Positions 48,691 to 58,873 of a DNA stretch of 64,000 nucleotides are shown here, piece by piece. The first letter of the stretch is position 1. Each line of letters opens with the position of its first letter. The position numbers were made by a program, and so were the translations under genes. The DNA is from an uncultured delta proteobacterium (GTDB lineage Bacteria > Desulfobacterota > RBG-13-43-22): the NCBI GenBank assembly GCA_963711835.1, contig CAVQFQ010000016.1, positions 86,359 through 150,358 on the forward strand, given 5' to 3'. The notes beneath the pieces were generated by a model that saw only the letters and a program-made list of their open reading frames with translations, did no database searches and was not told the DNA's origin.

Positions 48691-50904
48691 ATGAATTATG
48701 AAAAAATGACCAAGGCCGAGTTAATTCGAGCCATAAAGGACCTCCAACATACGATCGCCTCCAAGGGTCCTGAAGGTCCCTTAACCCCGGGCAAGAACAA
48801 AAAAGTTCTCGATAAAACCCTGAAGGATTCCAGGCAGCGGGAAGCCGAGATCACGGCCTTGTTGGAAGGGGCCAAAACGGTATTGGAATACCAGGAATTT
48901 AATAAAACGGCCCGGGCCTTATTCGACTCCTGTAAAAAACTGCTCGGCGCATCCGCCGGCTATGTGGCCTTATCGTCCGCCGATGAAGTTGAAAACAAAC
49001 TCCTTTTTTTGGATTCGGGCGGGCTGCCCTGTTCGGTGGATCCAAACCTTCCCATGCCCATTCGGGGGATGCGGGGAGAAGTCTATCGCAGCGGCCGGAC
49101 CGCTTATGATAATACGTTTAATGAAAGCCAATGGGCAACCCTGCTGCCCGAAGGCCACTCCCGTTTGGACAATGTCTTATTCGCTCCTTTGAGCATCAAG
49201 GGAAAGGTCTTGGGCTTGCTCGGTCTTTCCAACAAACCCGGTGGATTTACCGAAAACGATGCCCGGCTGGCCTCGGCCTTCGGCGAGCTGGCGGCCGTGG
49301 CCCTGCTGAACAGCAGGACCTTTCAGTCCCTGGAAGAGAGTGAAGAACGTTTCCGTTCCGTGGCCCAAACAGCCAACGATGCCATCCTTTCAGCAGACCA
49401 AGAAGGGAAGATCGTTTTCTGGAATCAGGCCGCGGAAAAGGTGTTCGGCTATTTGCCCGAAGAGGTCCTGGGAAAAGCCTTGACCCTGAATATTCCGGAA
49501 CGATTACGGGAGCGTCATCGCGCCGGAATGAACCGGGTCCTTCTAACCGGAGAATCGCAACTTATCGGGAAAACAGTGGAGCAGGTGGGGCTGAGAAAGG
49601 ACGGGACGGAATTTCCTATCGAGCTGTCTCTTTCCAGTTGGAAAACAGGAGAAGGCAACTTTTTTACCGCCATTATCCGGGACATTACCGAACGCAAAAA
49701 GACCGAGGTGTCCATCCAAAGGGCCAAAGACGAACTTGAAAAGAGAGTCAAAGAGCGAACCGCCGACCTGGTCCTGGTTAATAAGCGCCTGCGGGAGGTA
49801 ATCAAGGAGCACCGGCGGACCCAAAAGGCCTTAGAGGAAAGTGAACGGAAGTTCCGGGCTATTTTTAACCAGACCTTCCAATTATCCGGCTTGTTAAGTC
49901 CGGATGGAACCATACTGGAGATCAATCAAACCGCTATCGACTTTCTGGGGTTCGATTATACGGATGGACTGGGGCGGCTTTTGTGGGACTTACCCTGGAA
50001 GGTACCGAATCCTGAAATCCTTGAAAAGGGTAAGGCGGCTATTGCCGAAGCGGCCGAAGGCCGGTTTGTTCGCCATGAGGGCAGCGTGATAGACCCGGAT
50101 GGAAAAGAACGGACCCTGGACTACTCTCTGAAGCCGGTCTTTGATGAAGTGGGCCAGGTAATCTGGCTTATTGCCGAAGGCCGGGACATTTCGGAGAGGA
50201 AGGCAGTGGAACAGGCCTTATTGGAATCGGAGAAACAGCTCCGCCGACTCTCCTCTCAGGTATTAACCGCTCAGGAAATAGAAAGAAAAAGGGTCTCCAA
50301 GGAACTGCATGATGGTATCGGACAATACCTGAGCGCCGTTAAATATAAGGTGGAGGATGCCCTACATCGGCTGAGTGAAAAAAAAGGACCGGAAAACGAT
50401 ATGGATCGATTAAAGACCATTATACCCGTCCTTCAAGGGGCCATTGAAGAGGTCCGGAGAATCTGCATGGATCTCCGTCCTTCCATTTTGGATGACTTGG
50501 GAATCCTGGCCACTATTTCCTGGTTCTGTCGGGAATTTAAACAGACCTATGGAACCATTCGAATTCTCAAACATATCGAGATTGAAGAACAGGAGATACC
50601 CACTGCGCTTAGAACGACGATCTACCGAATCATACAGGAAGCCTTCAATAATATCGCCAAGCATAGCCGGGCCGGCCGAGTCAACCTCTCCCTGTCAAAA
50701 ACCAAAGGAGCCATCGAATTAGTCATTCGGGATAATGGGCAGGGATTCGAGTTAAAGGACAGGTCTTCGGAAGACCCTTCCCTGAAAGGCCTTGGCCTGG
50801 CCAGCATGAAAGAGCGGGCTGAATTTTCGGGAGGAACATTGACCATAGAGTCCGTCAAAGGAGCCGGAACAACCATCCGGGCCATCTGGCCTGAGCCATT
50901 TTAG
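48691..50904 (+). CDS. Cytoplasmic GAF-PAS-PAS sensor histidine kinase (HisKA_3 type)
   Basis: ERKRVSKELHDGIGQ, LRPSILDDLG, QEAFNNIAKH, DNGQGF, GLGL.SM.ER; alternative starts 48673/48679. Confidence 0.93.
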   Translation: MNYEKMTKAELIRAIKDLQHTIASKGPEGPLTPGKNKKVLDKTLKDSRQREAEITALLEGAKTVLEYQEFNKTARALFDSCKKLLGASAGYVALSSADEVENKLLFLDSGGLPCSVDPNLPMPIRGMRGEVYRSGRTAYDNTFNESQWATLLPEGHSRLDNVLFAPLSIKGKVLGLLGLSNKPGGFTENDARLASAFGELAAVALLNSRTFQSLEESEERFRSVAQTANDAILSADQEGKIVFWNQAAEKVFGYLPEEVLGKALTLNIPERLRERHRAGMNRVLLTGESQLIGKTVEQVGLRKDGTEFPIELSLSSWKTGEGNFFTAIIRDITERKKTEVSIQRAKDELEKRVKERTADLVLVNKRLREVIKEHRRTQKALEESERKFRAIFNQTFQLSGLLSPDGTILEINQTAIDFLGFDYTDGLGRLLWDLPWKVPNPEILEKGKAAIAEAAEGRFVRHEGSVIDPDGKERTLDYSLKPVFDEVGQVIWLIAEGRDISERKAVEQALLESEKQLRRLSSQVLTAQEIERKRVSKELHDGIGQYLSAVKYKVEDALHRLSEKKGPENDMDRLKTIIPVLQGAIEEVRRICMDLRPSILDDLGILATISWFCREFKQTYGTIRILKHIEIEEQEIPTALRTTIYRIIQEAFNNIAKHSRAGRVNLSLSKTKGAIELVIRDNGQGFELKDRSSEDPSLKGLGLASMKERAEFSGGTLTIESVKGAGTTIRAIWPEPF

Positions 50905-51140
50905 GCTGCCTTCGCCTTAACCCTTGGTCAGGCTGATCGTTGCCGGCCTTCAGTATCCTAAGGAAAATACCCTATCTAAAAATACTGCCTTTTCTCCCTC
51001 GAAATACTATTTTCCCCTTATTTACTTAGCGCCCTGCCTTAGGACAGACTATTTCCTAAAAAGAGGCATTCCAAATACCCGGAGCGGTTCCGGTTGATTT
51101 TGAGGCTGAGGATAACTCGGGTCAAAAGGAGGTGGAATCA

Positions 51141-51362
51141 ATGAGCAATCAGATCAGGATCCTTCACATTGATTCGGAGTATAAGGTTACCTATTTTATT
51201 CTCCGTAATGGGGCTTCCATTCATTCCCTCGTTTCCCTCGAGCAAACCGTCGAACTTCTCAAGACCCAGGAATTTGATTTGATCCTTTCGGAACCCCACA
51301 ATCAGGCTATTTTAAAACCCCAGAGTTTTCCTGAGGTACGATCTCAACACCAGGCCCATTGA
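51141..51362 (+). CDS. Small protein resembling a truncated receiver domain
   Basis: AAAGGAGG RBS; IRILHID...ELLKTQEFDLILSE. Confidence 0.55.
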   Translation: MSNQIRILHIDSEYKVTYFILRNGASIHSLVSLEQTVELLKTQEFDLILSEPHNQAILKPQSFPEVRSQHQAH

Positions 51363-51397
51363 GAAATGACGGAGAGGCCAAAGGAGGATTTGTAAAC

Positions 51398-51589
51398 ATG
51401 AAGGTCGATTTTTTGCATGAATTCATTGAGATGGATGACAGGGTCCGGGAAATTTGGGAAAGCCTTGAAAAGGAAACCAGTGAGAATAGTCCCGGCCAAG
51501 CCCAATCGGCCTATCAAAACACCTTTCGGAAAGACCCGGAGAAATTTCTTGAAAAGGAGAGGCTTCTGCTGACCTTCCGGGAGATCTGA
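51398..51589 (+). CDS. Small acidic hypothetical protein
   Basis: AAGGAGG RBS 10 nt upstream; 63 aa. Confidence 0.5.
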   Translation: MKVDFLHEFIEMDDRVREIWESLEKETSENSPGQAQSAYQNTFRKDPEKFLEKERLLLTFREI

Positions 51590-51635
51590 TAGCTGAACGC
51601 GCTCATCCGGAACTGGGTGTTTCCGGATGAGACCT
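51588..51635. repeat. Repeat family B, partial copy
   Basis: GATAGCTGAACGCGCTCATCCGGAA...TTCCGGATGAG. Confidence 0.65.
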
Positions 51636-52290
51636 ATTTTGTAATGAGCCCCTTTTCTATGGCATAGGCTGTCAGGGCCGAGGCATTATGAAGATTTAAT
51701 TTATCCATAATATTAGCCCGGTGCTTTTCTACGGTTTTAGGGCTGATACACAGAAATTCGGCAATCTCTTTGTTTTTGTGTCCTTCTCCGATCAGTTTCA
51801 AAATCTCCCGTTCCCGGCGGGTCAGGGTGTCCCAGGAGGACTTAAGAGGGGCCTTTCGCTTGCCATCCAGATAACCTTCAATTACCTTCTCTGAGATGCT
51901 CGGACTGAGGACCCGCTTCCCGGACAGGATAATCCGGATCGCTTCAAGCAGCTCGGCGTGGGTGGCGTCCTTCAGGATATACCCATTGGCCCCGGAGCTG
52001 AGTGCGGCCATAATGTATTCTTCGGTTTTATGAACGGTTAGGGCCAGAACACGGATCTTCGGCCATTTTTTCTTGATTTCCCGGATGGCCGTGATTCCGT
52101 CCATTCGCGGCAGGGAGAGATCCATCAGGATTAGGTTGGGTTGGACCCTGTCAACGGCCCGGACGGCTTCCAGTCCATCGCCGGCCTCCCCCACGATCTC
52201 GAAATCCAGGTGGGAGGAAAGCAGGGACTTTAATCCTTCCCTGAGGATGGTATGGTCTTCGACTATGAGGATGCGCTGTTTTTCGATCAT
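51634..52290 (-). CDS. NarL/LuxR-family response regulator
   Basis: VEDH, MDLSLP.MDG, GYILK, LT.RE.EIL, EIA..L.IS.KTVE.HR.NIM.KL. Confidence 0.95.
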   Translation of the reverse strand: MIEKQRILIVEDHTILREGLKSLLSSHLDFEIVGEAGDGLEAVRAVDRVQPNLILMDLSLPRMDGITAIREIKKKWPKIRVLALTVHKTEEYIMAALSSGANGYILKDATHAELLEAIRIILSGKRVLSPSISEKVIEGYLDGKRKAPLKSSWDTLTRREREILKLIGEGHKNKEIAEFLCISPKTVEKHRANIMDKLNLHNASALTAYAIEKGLITK

Positions 52291-52559
52291 TCTCGAAATA
52301 AGGGTTTGAAAAAAGAGAGGAAACCCCTTTCCGGGCTCTAAAGGCCCTCTTTACCCGAAAGGATTCATTTTCCTAAAATAAAACGACACCCTAACCCTAT
52401 AAATATACTAAGTTCACCTTATTTACAATAGGGAACTGATCGGGTAAGGTCCGATCAGCCCTAAAAGGGATAGGCCCTCCTAAGGAGATTACCCCTTCCT
52501 GACCAAAAGGGGATAACCTATTTAAAAATAAAAGATTTTTAGTAAAAAAGGATTAGGCC

Positions 52560-52940
52560 ATGACAACCATTTTACTTATAGAGGATAATATTTCCTTCCG
52601 CCAGTCCCTCAAAAAAAACCTCGAGGACCACTTTCCCCGGGTCACCGTTGAAGAGGCCGGGGAAGGCCAGGAAGCCTTACCCAAGATCCAATCCAATCAT
52701 CCGGAACTTATTTTTCTCGATATCAAGCTGCCCGGGGAGAGCGGTTTGGAACTGGCCCGCAAAATTAAGTCAACCCACGCCGAAATTGTGGTGGCCATGC
52801 TGACCAGCTATGACCTCCCGGAATACCGGGAGGCGGCCTATCAGTCCGGGGCCAATTATTTTTTTGCCAAGGGGACCTCCCCCTGGGAGGAAATTTTAAC
52901 CCTGGTCCGGGATATTGATTCCAGGCAAAAGACCGTTTAA
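52560..52940 (+). CDS. Single-domain response regulator
   Basis: LIEDN, LDIKLPG.SG, MLTS, GA..FFAK. Confidence 0.9.
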   Translation: MTTILLIEDNISFRQSLKKNLEDHFPRVTVEEAGEGQEALPKIQSNHPELIFLDIKLPGESGLELARKIKSTHAEIVVAMLTSYDLPEYREAAYQSGANYFFAKGTSPWEEILTLVRDIDSRQKTV

Positions 52941-53119
52941 AAAAGTTTCCATTCAGGCCACGGTCCCCAGGGAGAACTTTTACTCAACTACTTAAAAAAA
53001 CAACCTCTTCGGACAAAAATACATGATTGACCCTATTTATTTTTAGGTGTAGCGGTGTAACATGTTTATAAAATACGAAATCAAAGAGTGCACCAAGATT
53101 CTTTAAGGAGGGAAAGAGC

Positions 53120-53392
53120 ATGAATACGCGAAATTTTTCAATCTTTATCCTGTTAGGGACAGCGGTTGCCCTGTCCTTGGTAATTGACCAAGGCATTTAT
53201 GCGCAAACACGGAATAGCGACGGCTCGGCCTTGCAAACTCAGGGGGAAATAAAGAGCGGGACACCGTCTCAGAAGAAATTCGGATTGTCCAAACGCAATC
53301 TGATGATGATTGAGCAGGCCGAGTCGGCCAGGATGAGGGCTGAAAAAATTATGGCCGGGCCCCAGGGCAACGCCGATATGCCGAAGAAATAG
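53120..53392 (+). CDS. Small secreted hypothetical protein
   Basis: AAGGAGG RBS; signal peptide ending IYA-Q. Confidence 0.6.
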   Translation: MNTRNFSIFILLGTAVALSLVIDQGIYAQTRNSDGSALQTQGEIKSGTPSQKKFGLSKRNLMMIEQAESARMRAEKIMAGPQGNADMPKK

Positions 53393-53480
53393 AGACAGTT
53401 CGCGGACAAAGGCTGCCGGGAAGCTTACCCAAATGAAAGATAACATTATTCGGAAAATCAACAAATTGGAGGAATAAAAA

Positions 53481-56400
53481 GTGGAAAAGCGGGGACGTTT
53501 AATCTTTAGGAGTTTGTTATGGGCGCTGATTGTCCTGTCCTGGGGAATTGACCTGGGCCAGGCGGCACCAGTACTCAATCCGGGTGTTGATTTGTCAAAA
53601 CCTAATTTTGCCTACAGCCCGCCACTGAGGAAATTTATTGACTCACTGCCGGGCCTGGGGGCAGGTGCGCGACCTGCGGGCTCCGCCCTCGGTGCCAGCA
53701 CCCTCGGACAGTATATCCCTATTGCCACCGCGGGAGTGCTCCCAGGCTTCCCGAATGATGATTATTACGAAATCGCTTTAGTTGAGTATCACGAGCAAAT
53801 GCATCGGGACCTTCCTCCGGTAACCGGGACTTGGCCGAATCAGACCGGCGGCACCAAACTGCGGGGTTATGTGCAGGAAATTAACGGCCTTGCTGTCGGC
53901 ACGCCCCATTATCTGGGACCTTTGATTATTGCCACGAAGGACCGGCCGGTACGCATCAAGTTTACCAACCGGCTTCCCCTCACTGCCGCCGGAGGCAATC
54001 TCTTCCTGCCGGTCGACACGACCATCATGGGGGCGGGAGAGGGTCCCCAGCACGCTGATGGAAGTCCTTGCAACCCGGCGACAGAGGTTTGTGCCAGTTA
54101 CACCCAGAACCGGGCCACCATCCATCTCCATGGCGGCCTCCCGCCGTGGATCAGCGATGGGACGGCCCACCAGTGGATTACCCCTGCCGGAGAACCGACC
54201 CCCTACCTTAAAGGTGCAAGCCAGCAGAACGTACCCGACATGGGAGTGCAACCCGACGGGTCGGCGACCTTTTACTGGCCCAACCAACAGAGCGGCCGGC
54301 TGATGTTCTACCATGATCATGCCCTCGGCCTGACCGGACTCAATGTCTATGCCGGCGAGGCCGCCGGTTACCTGTTGGTTGACCCGGCCGAAGAAACCGC
54401 GCTGGTTGCTGCCGGCGTCCCCGGGACCACCGCAGATTTACCACACCTTATTCCTCTGGTCATCCAGGACAAGACCTTCGTGCCCGACCCCGCCACACTG
54501 GCCCTTACGGATCCTCTCTGGGATACGGTCCATTGGGGCGGAATGGGCAATCTCTGGTTCCCCCATGTTTACATGCCGAACCAGGACCCGACTGATGACC
54601 ACAGTGGAGCGAATCCTCTGGGCCGGTGGGACTATGGTCCATGGTTCTGGCCGGTTTTCCCCGTGGAATCGCCTTACCCGCCGGCCGTGTCTCACGTGCC
54701 CGAAGCCTTCATGGACACGCCGGTGATCAACGGCACCGCCTACCCCTACCTCGACGTGAATCCCCAAGCCTACCGGTTACAGATCCTGAATGCCTGCAAT
54801 GACCGAATGGTCAACCTGCAGTTGTATCAAGCCGACCCGGCCGTTACCGTCGGATCCGCCGGTCATACGGAAGTCAAAATGGTGCCGGCGGAGTTGAACC
54901 CGTTGATCCCCTTTCCGGACGCCTGGCTGGCACAAACCCCGGGAATGATACCTGACATACTGGACAGTAGAGTTGGAGGTGTGCCCGATCCGACCTTGCG
55001 AGGCCCCGCCATGATCCAGATCGGCACCGAGGGCGGTCTCCTGCCGGGGCCGGTGGTCCTCCCCAACACGCCGGTCGGCTATGAGCAAAACAAGAGAAAC
55101 ATTGTGGTGTTGAATGTCTTGGAAAAGACCCTAATGTTGGCGCCGGCAGAACGGGCGGACGTCATCATTGACTTCAGCCCCTATGCCGGTAAAACCATTA
55201 TTCTCTATAACGACTCGCCCGCACCTGTCCCGGCCGGTGACCCCCGTTACGACTTTTATACGGGCAACCTGGATTATTCGGCAACAGGCGGTGCGAACAA
55301 TCAAGGCGGGGCCCCCTCCACCGTGGCCGGCTTCGGCCCCAATACCCGGACCATTATGCAATTCCGGGTGGCGGGAAACGATCCCGCGCCGGCAACCCCG
55401 GGTCCCGTTGATTACTACAACCCGGGCCTTCTGACCGCGTTGACCACATCCTTGCCGGCGATCTTCAAGGCGGCTCAAGATCCGCCCGTTGTGCCCGAAT
55501 CGGTTTATAATGCGATCGGCTACACGGGGGGTTCCACCAGCGATACGTTTGCCACCATCCAGGGCCACTACTTGACCTTTACTCCCTACGGGTCAACCAC
55601 CCCGACAACTATGCCTATTAAGAATAAGGCCATTCAGGAGCTTTTTGATCCTGAGGGGCGGATGAACGCCACCCTTGGGGTTGAACTGCCGTTTACCGGT
55701 GCCTTGATCCAGACAACGGTTCCTTTAGGGTTCATTGATCCGAACACCGAGACCCTCGCCGCCGGCCAGACCCAGCTTTGGAAGATTACCCATAACGGTG
55801 TTGACACCCACGGCATCCACTTCCACCTGGTCAACGTGCAGGTGGTTAACCGGGTCGGCTGGGATGGGGCCATAAGAACGATCGACCCCAACGAACTGGG
55901 CTGGAAGGATACCGTCCGGATGAACCCGCTGGAAGATATCATTGTGGCCATGCGGGCCAAGGTTCCTACCGGGATCCCCTTCGCGGTTCCCAACAGCCTT
56001 CGCCCCCATGCTCCGGCCCTGCCGGTGGGCTCCACCTTCCCCAGCTTAGACCCCTTAACGGGTAATCCAATTACCGTCACCAACGCCATAACCGACTTTG
56101 GTCACGAGTACACCTGGCACTGCCACATTTTGGGCCATGAAGAAGACGATATGATGCGCCCGCTTGTCTTGCAAGTGCCGACTGCCGTACCGGCTGCCAT
56201 TGCAGACCTTACCGCCACCCCTACCGCGCCAGGGCCCGTCGATCTCACCTGGACATATATTTCAGAGAATGAGATCGGTTTCCGGATGGAGCGATGCACC
56301 GGTGCTGGCTGCAGCAATTTTGCGACCATCGTAACGGTCAATTTAAACCCGACCACTTATACCGACGCTACGGTTGTTCCAGGCACGACGTACAGTTATC

Positions 56401-57677
56401 GTATCGTGGTCTTCAACTCGGTTGGCGATTCCCCCCCGGTGTCGAACACAGCCACAGTAACCGTACCCGCAGTGACCGCACCGGCAGCGCCGACGAATTT
56501 GACCGCCACGGCGTCGCCCTTAAGCTCGAACCCTCCAACGGTGGCCCTCGTCTGGACGGACAACTCCAACAACGAGATGAACTTCACTATCGAGAGGGCG
56601 ACGGATGCCGGCTTCACCGTGGGACTAACAACCTTCCAGGTGGCCGCAAACGTAACGGCCTTCACCGACACGACGGTGGCCGCGACGACGCCCTACTGGT
56701 ACAGGGTGCGGGCCGTTAATTTGGGCGGCCCTTCGGCCAATGCCGTTGCCGGACCGGTCACCACGCCGGGCTTGCTCCCGGCGGCGCCGACCAACCTGGG
56801 CGCCACCGCGGTAGGCCCCCCGCTGCAGGTCGACCTCCTTTGGACGGATAATTCAACCAATGAAACCGGTTTCCGGATCGAGCGGGCTGTTGGCGCCGGC
56901 GCTTTTGCGGCCCTGACAACCACCCTACCGAACGTGACGGGCTATAGTGACACTACGGTAACTCCAGGCACGCCCTATTCCTATCGCGTGTTCGCCGTCA
57001 ATGCCTTCGGGGATTCATCGCCGTCCAATACCATTGTCATCGGGGTCCCAACGGCGCCGACCAATCTGGTGGCCACGGCGTCTGCCCTCAATGCGACTCC
57101 CCCAACCGTAAGTTTGACCTGGACTGACAACTCCAGCAATGAGAGCAACTTCAGGATCGAGAGGGCAACGGATGCCGGCTTTACCGTGGGACTAACAACT
57201 GTCACAGTTGGAGCCAACGTGACGGCCTTTACCGATACGACGGTTATACCGCTCACGCAGTACTTCTATCGGGTCATCGCCTTCAACGCTCTCGGGGATT
57301 CGCCGCCGTCCAATACCGCCACGGCCACTACAACGGCCGTGATGTTGCAGGCGCCGACTAATCTGGTAGCGACGGCATCTGCCCCAGGAACGTTCCCCAT
57401 ATCGGTGAGTTTGACCTGGACCGATGCCCTTAACGAGACCAGCTTCATTATCCAGAGGGCTACGGATGCCGGATTCACTGTAGGGCTAATCACCTTCACG
57501 GTTGGAATGAACGTGACGGCTTATACCGACACGGCGGTTGCACCGACGACGACGTATTGGTATCGTGTCATTGCTTTGAACACTATCGGTAGTTCGTCGC
57601 CTTCGAACAGTGCAACGGTAACAACCCCATTTGGACCAACTTATCTCCCATTAATTCTCAGCCAATTATTTCTATAA
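53481..57677 (+). CDS. Large secreted multicopper oxidase with five FN3 domains
   Basis: HLHG, FYHDH, HGIHFH, WHCHILGHEEDDMM copper motifs; five P.APT.L...L.W.D...E..F.IER...Y.YRV repeats; GGAGG RBS, GTG start. Confidence 0.93.
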   Translation: MEKRGRLIFRSLLWALIVLSWGIDLGQAAPVLNPGVDLSKPNFAYSPPLRKFIDSLPGLGAGARPAGSALGASTLGQYIPIATAGVLPGFPNDDYYEIALVEYHEQMHRDLPPVTGTWPNQTGGTKLRGYVQEINGLAVGTPHYLGPLIIATKDRPVRIKFTNRLPLTAAGGNLFLPVDTTIMGAGEGPQHADGSPCNPATEVCASYTQNRATIHLHGGLPPWISDGTAHQWITPAGEPTPYLKGASQQNVPDMGVQPDGSATFYWPNQQSGRLMFYHDHALGLTGLNVYAGEAAGYLLVDPAEETALVAAGVPGTTADLPHLIPLVIQDKTFVPDPATLALTDPLWDTVHWGGMGNLWFPHVYMPNQDPTDDHSGANPLGRWDYGPWFWPVFPVESPYPPAVSHVPEAFMDTPVINGTAYPYLDVNPQAYRLQILNACNDRMVNLQLYQADPAVTVGSAGHTEVKMVPAELNPLIPFPDAWLAQTPGMIPDILDSRVGGVPDPTLRGPAMIQIGTEGGLLPGPVVLPNTPVGYEQNKRNIVVLNVLEKTLMLAPAERADVIIDFSPYAGKTIILYNDSPAPVPAGDPRYDFYTGNLDYSATGGANNQGGAPSTVAGFGPNTRTIMQFRVAGNDPAPATPGPVDYYNPGLLTALTTSLPAIFKAAQDPPVVPESVYNAIGYTGGSTSDTFATIQGHYLTFTPYGSTTPTTMPIKNKAIQELFDPEGRMNATLGVELPFTGALIQTTVPLGFIDPNTETLAAGQTQLWKITHNGVDTHGIHFHLVNVQVVNRVGWDGAIRTIDPNELGWKDTVRMNPLEDIIVAMRAKVPTGIPFAVPNSLRPHAPALPVGSTFPSLDPLTGNPITVTNAITDFGHEYTWHCHILGHEEDDMMRPLVLQVPTAVPAAIADLTATPTAPGPVDLTWTYISENEIGFRMERCTGAGCSNFATIVTVNLNPTTYTDATVVPGTTYSYRIVVFNSVGDSPPVSNTATVTVPAVTAPAAPTNLTATASPLSSNPPTVALVWTDNSNNEMNFTIERATDAGFTVGLTTFQVAANVTAFTDTTVAATTPYWYRVRAVNLGGPSANAVAGPVTTPGLLPAAPTNLGATAVGPPLQVDLLWTDNSTNETGFRIERAVGAGAFAALTTTLPNVTGYSDTTVTPGTPYSYRVFAVNAFGDSSPSNTIVIGVPTAPTNLVATASALNATPPTVSLTWTDNSSNESNFRIERATDAGFTVGLTTVTVGANVTAFTDTTVIPLTQYFYRVIAFNALGDSPPSNTATATTTAVMLQAPTNLVATASAPGTFPISVSLTWTDALNETSFIIQRATDAGFTVGLITFTVGMNVTAYTDTAVAPTTTYWYRVIALNTIGSSSPSNSATVTTPFGPTYLPLILSQLFL

Positions 57678-57683
57678 TAAGTA

Positions 57684-57725
57684 GGGGGGGGCAGGGACTA
57701 TTATCCCTGTTCCCCCTTCTTTTTT
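57684..57725 (+). terminator. Intrinsic terminator
   Basis: G-run-CAGGGA...TCCCTGTTCCCCC followed by TTCTTTTTT. Confidence 0.7.
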
Positions 57726-57871
57726 AACCTGCCCACTCCAAATATTTGGTCGCTTATTGTTTTTCCTTTCTATTCTCGAACAATGGGGTATCCGGGCCGG
57801 GATAAGGAGAGGCCCGGGGTTCGGACGAGATCGGTTCCGGGACTGTAAGGTTTCTATTTAATCCCGCCGAA

Positions 57872-58873
57872 CTAAGGCCCATCCAAAACCAGAGCGGAGA
57901 GAAAAATCTGAACGGTAACGATAATCGTGAATATCAGGAAGAGGGTGACGGCGGTCAGAATCAGTTTTCGCTGAATCGCGGGCAGGACGGAGGAAAGGCT
58001 TTTAATTTTCCTGAAGGGAGTCAGGACCCCGGCGCCGATCCCCGTGATGGCTCCCCCCAACAGGGTCAGGTACAGGGGATAACCGATGAAGTGATATTCC
58101 TTTTGAAGCAGGCAAAAAGGGCAGGCGTGGGTGGGCAGTTCGTAAATATAGAGCGAAATAAAGGAAAAAATGGAAACGACGGACACCAGCAAGGCCAGGA
58201 CGCTCAATCCGGAAAACAGGCCGACCCCCCGACCTTTCAAAAAGGCATAGCCCCCCGAGCCGATCGTCAGCCCCATGACTATATAAAAGACCGTTTTGGC
58301 CGGAAACTTCGGAAGGAAATCCAGGCCCGAGGGGAGGAGGCTGCTCTCGGTGCTGAACAAGGTTCCGCAACAGGAGGTAATGATATCCGGCCGGAGGCGA
58401 AGAAAGTAGTTGGCCTGCAGGACCGTCTCCAGAAGAACGAGGGGGACCAGCAGCAGAAAAAAAAAGTACTTTTTCCTGATCAGCGGATAATCTTCGCCCC
58501 GGTTGTCCACGTAATTCACGATCAGCCAGAGGCCGGCCAGCAGAAAATTAAGCAGTTTAAGGATGAGGGTCGGGTAGCCGTAGGGGTTAACGTAGAGTGA
58601 ACCGGCGGCGCACATGGCGCCGACAAAAAACGGGTGGAGCTGCTCCGCGGTAAAAATATAGAGAAATAAGGACAGCAGTTCAAAACCGAAAGCATAGGCC
58701 AGCAGGGTGGAGATCAGGTAGGTTTTTCTCTCAATCGTGAGTTGCAGCTCGCTTCCGCTCTGCAGGTCCCAGCGCCTCAAAATCTGAAAGGCCAGGGGCG
58801 CCGCATAAAGGATCATGAAGCCCACCAGCAGGGAACCGGCGTAAAGGGCCAGGATGGTGGGGTGAAAGATCAT
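57872..58873 (-). CDS. Cys/His-motif integral membrane protein
   Basis: Multi-TM; GAMCAAG, ITSCC, HACPFC motifs. Confidence 0.75.
   Translation of the reverse strand: MIFHPTILALYAGSLLVGFMILYAAPLAFQILRRWDLQSGSELQLTIERKTYLISTLLAYAFGFELLSLFLYIFTAEQLHPFFVGAMCAAGSLYVNPYGYPTLILKLLNFLLAGLWLIVNYVDNRGEDYPLIRKKYFFFLLLVPLVLLETVLQANYFLRLRPDIITSCCGTLFSTESSLLPSGLDFLPKFPAKTVFYIVMGLTIGSGGYAFLKGRGVGLFSGLSVLALLVSVVSIFSFISLYIYELPTHACPFCLLQKEYHFIGYPLYLTLLGGAITGIGAGVLTPFRKIKSLSSVLPAIQRKLILTAVTLFLIFTIIVTVQIFLSALVLDGP

Noticed and set aside
56180-57630. Repeats as a CRISPR array or non-coding tandem repeat
   Set aside because: They are in-frame FN3 domain duplications; no constant repeat-spacer periodicity or cas genes seen anywhere
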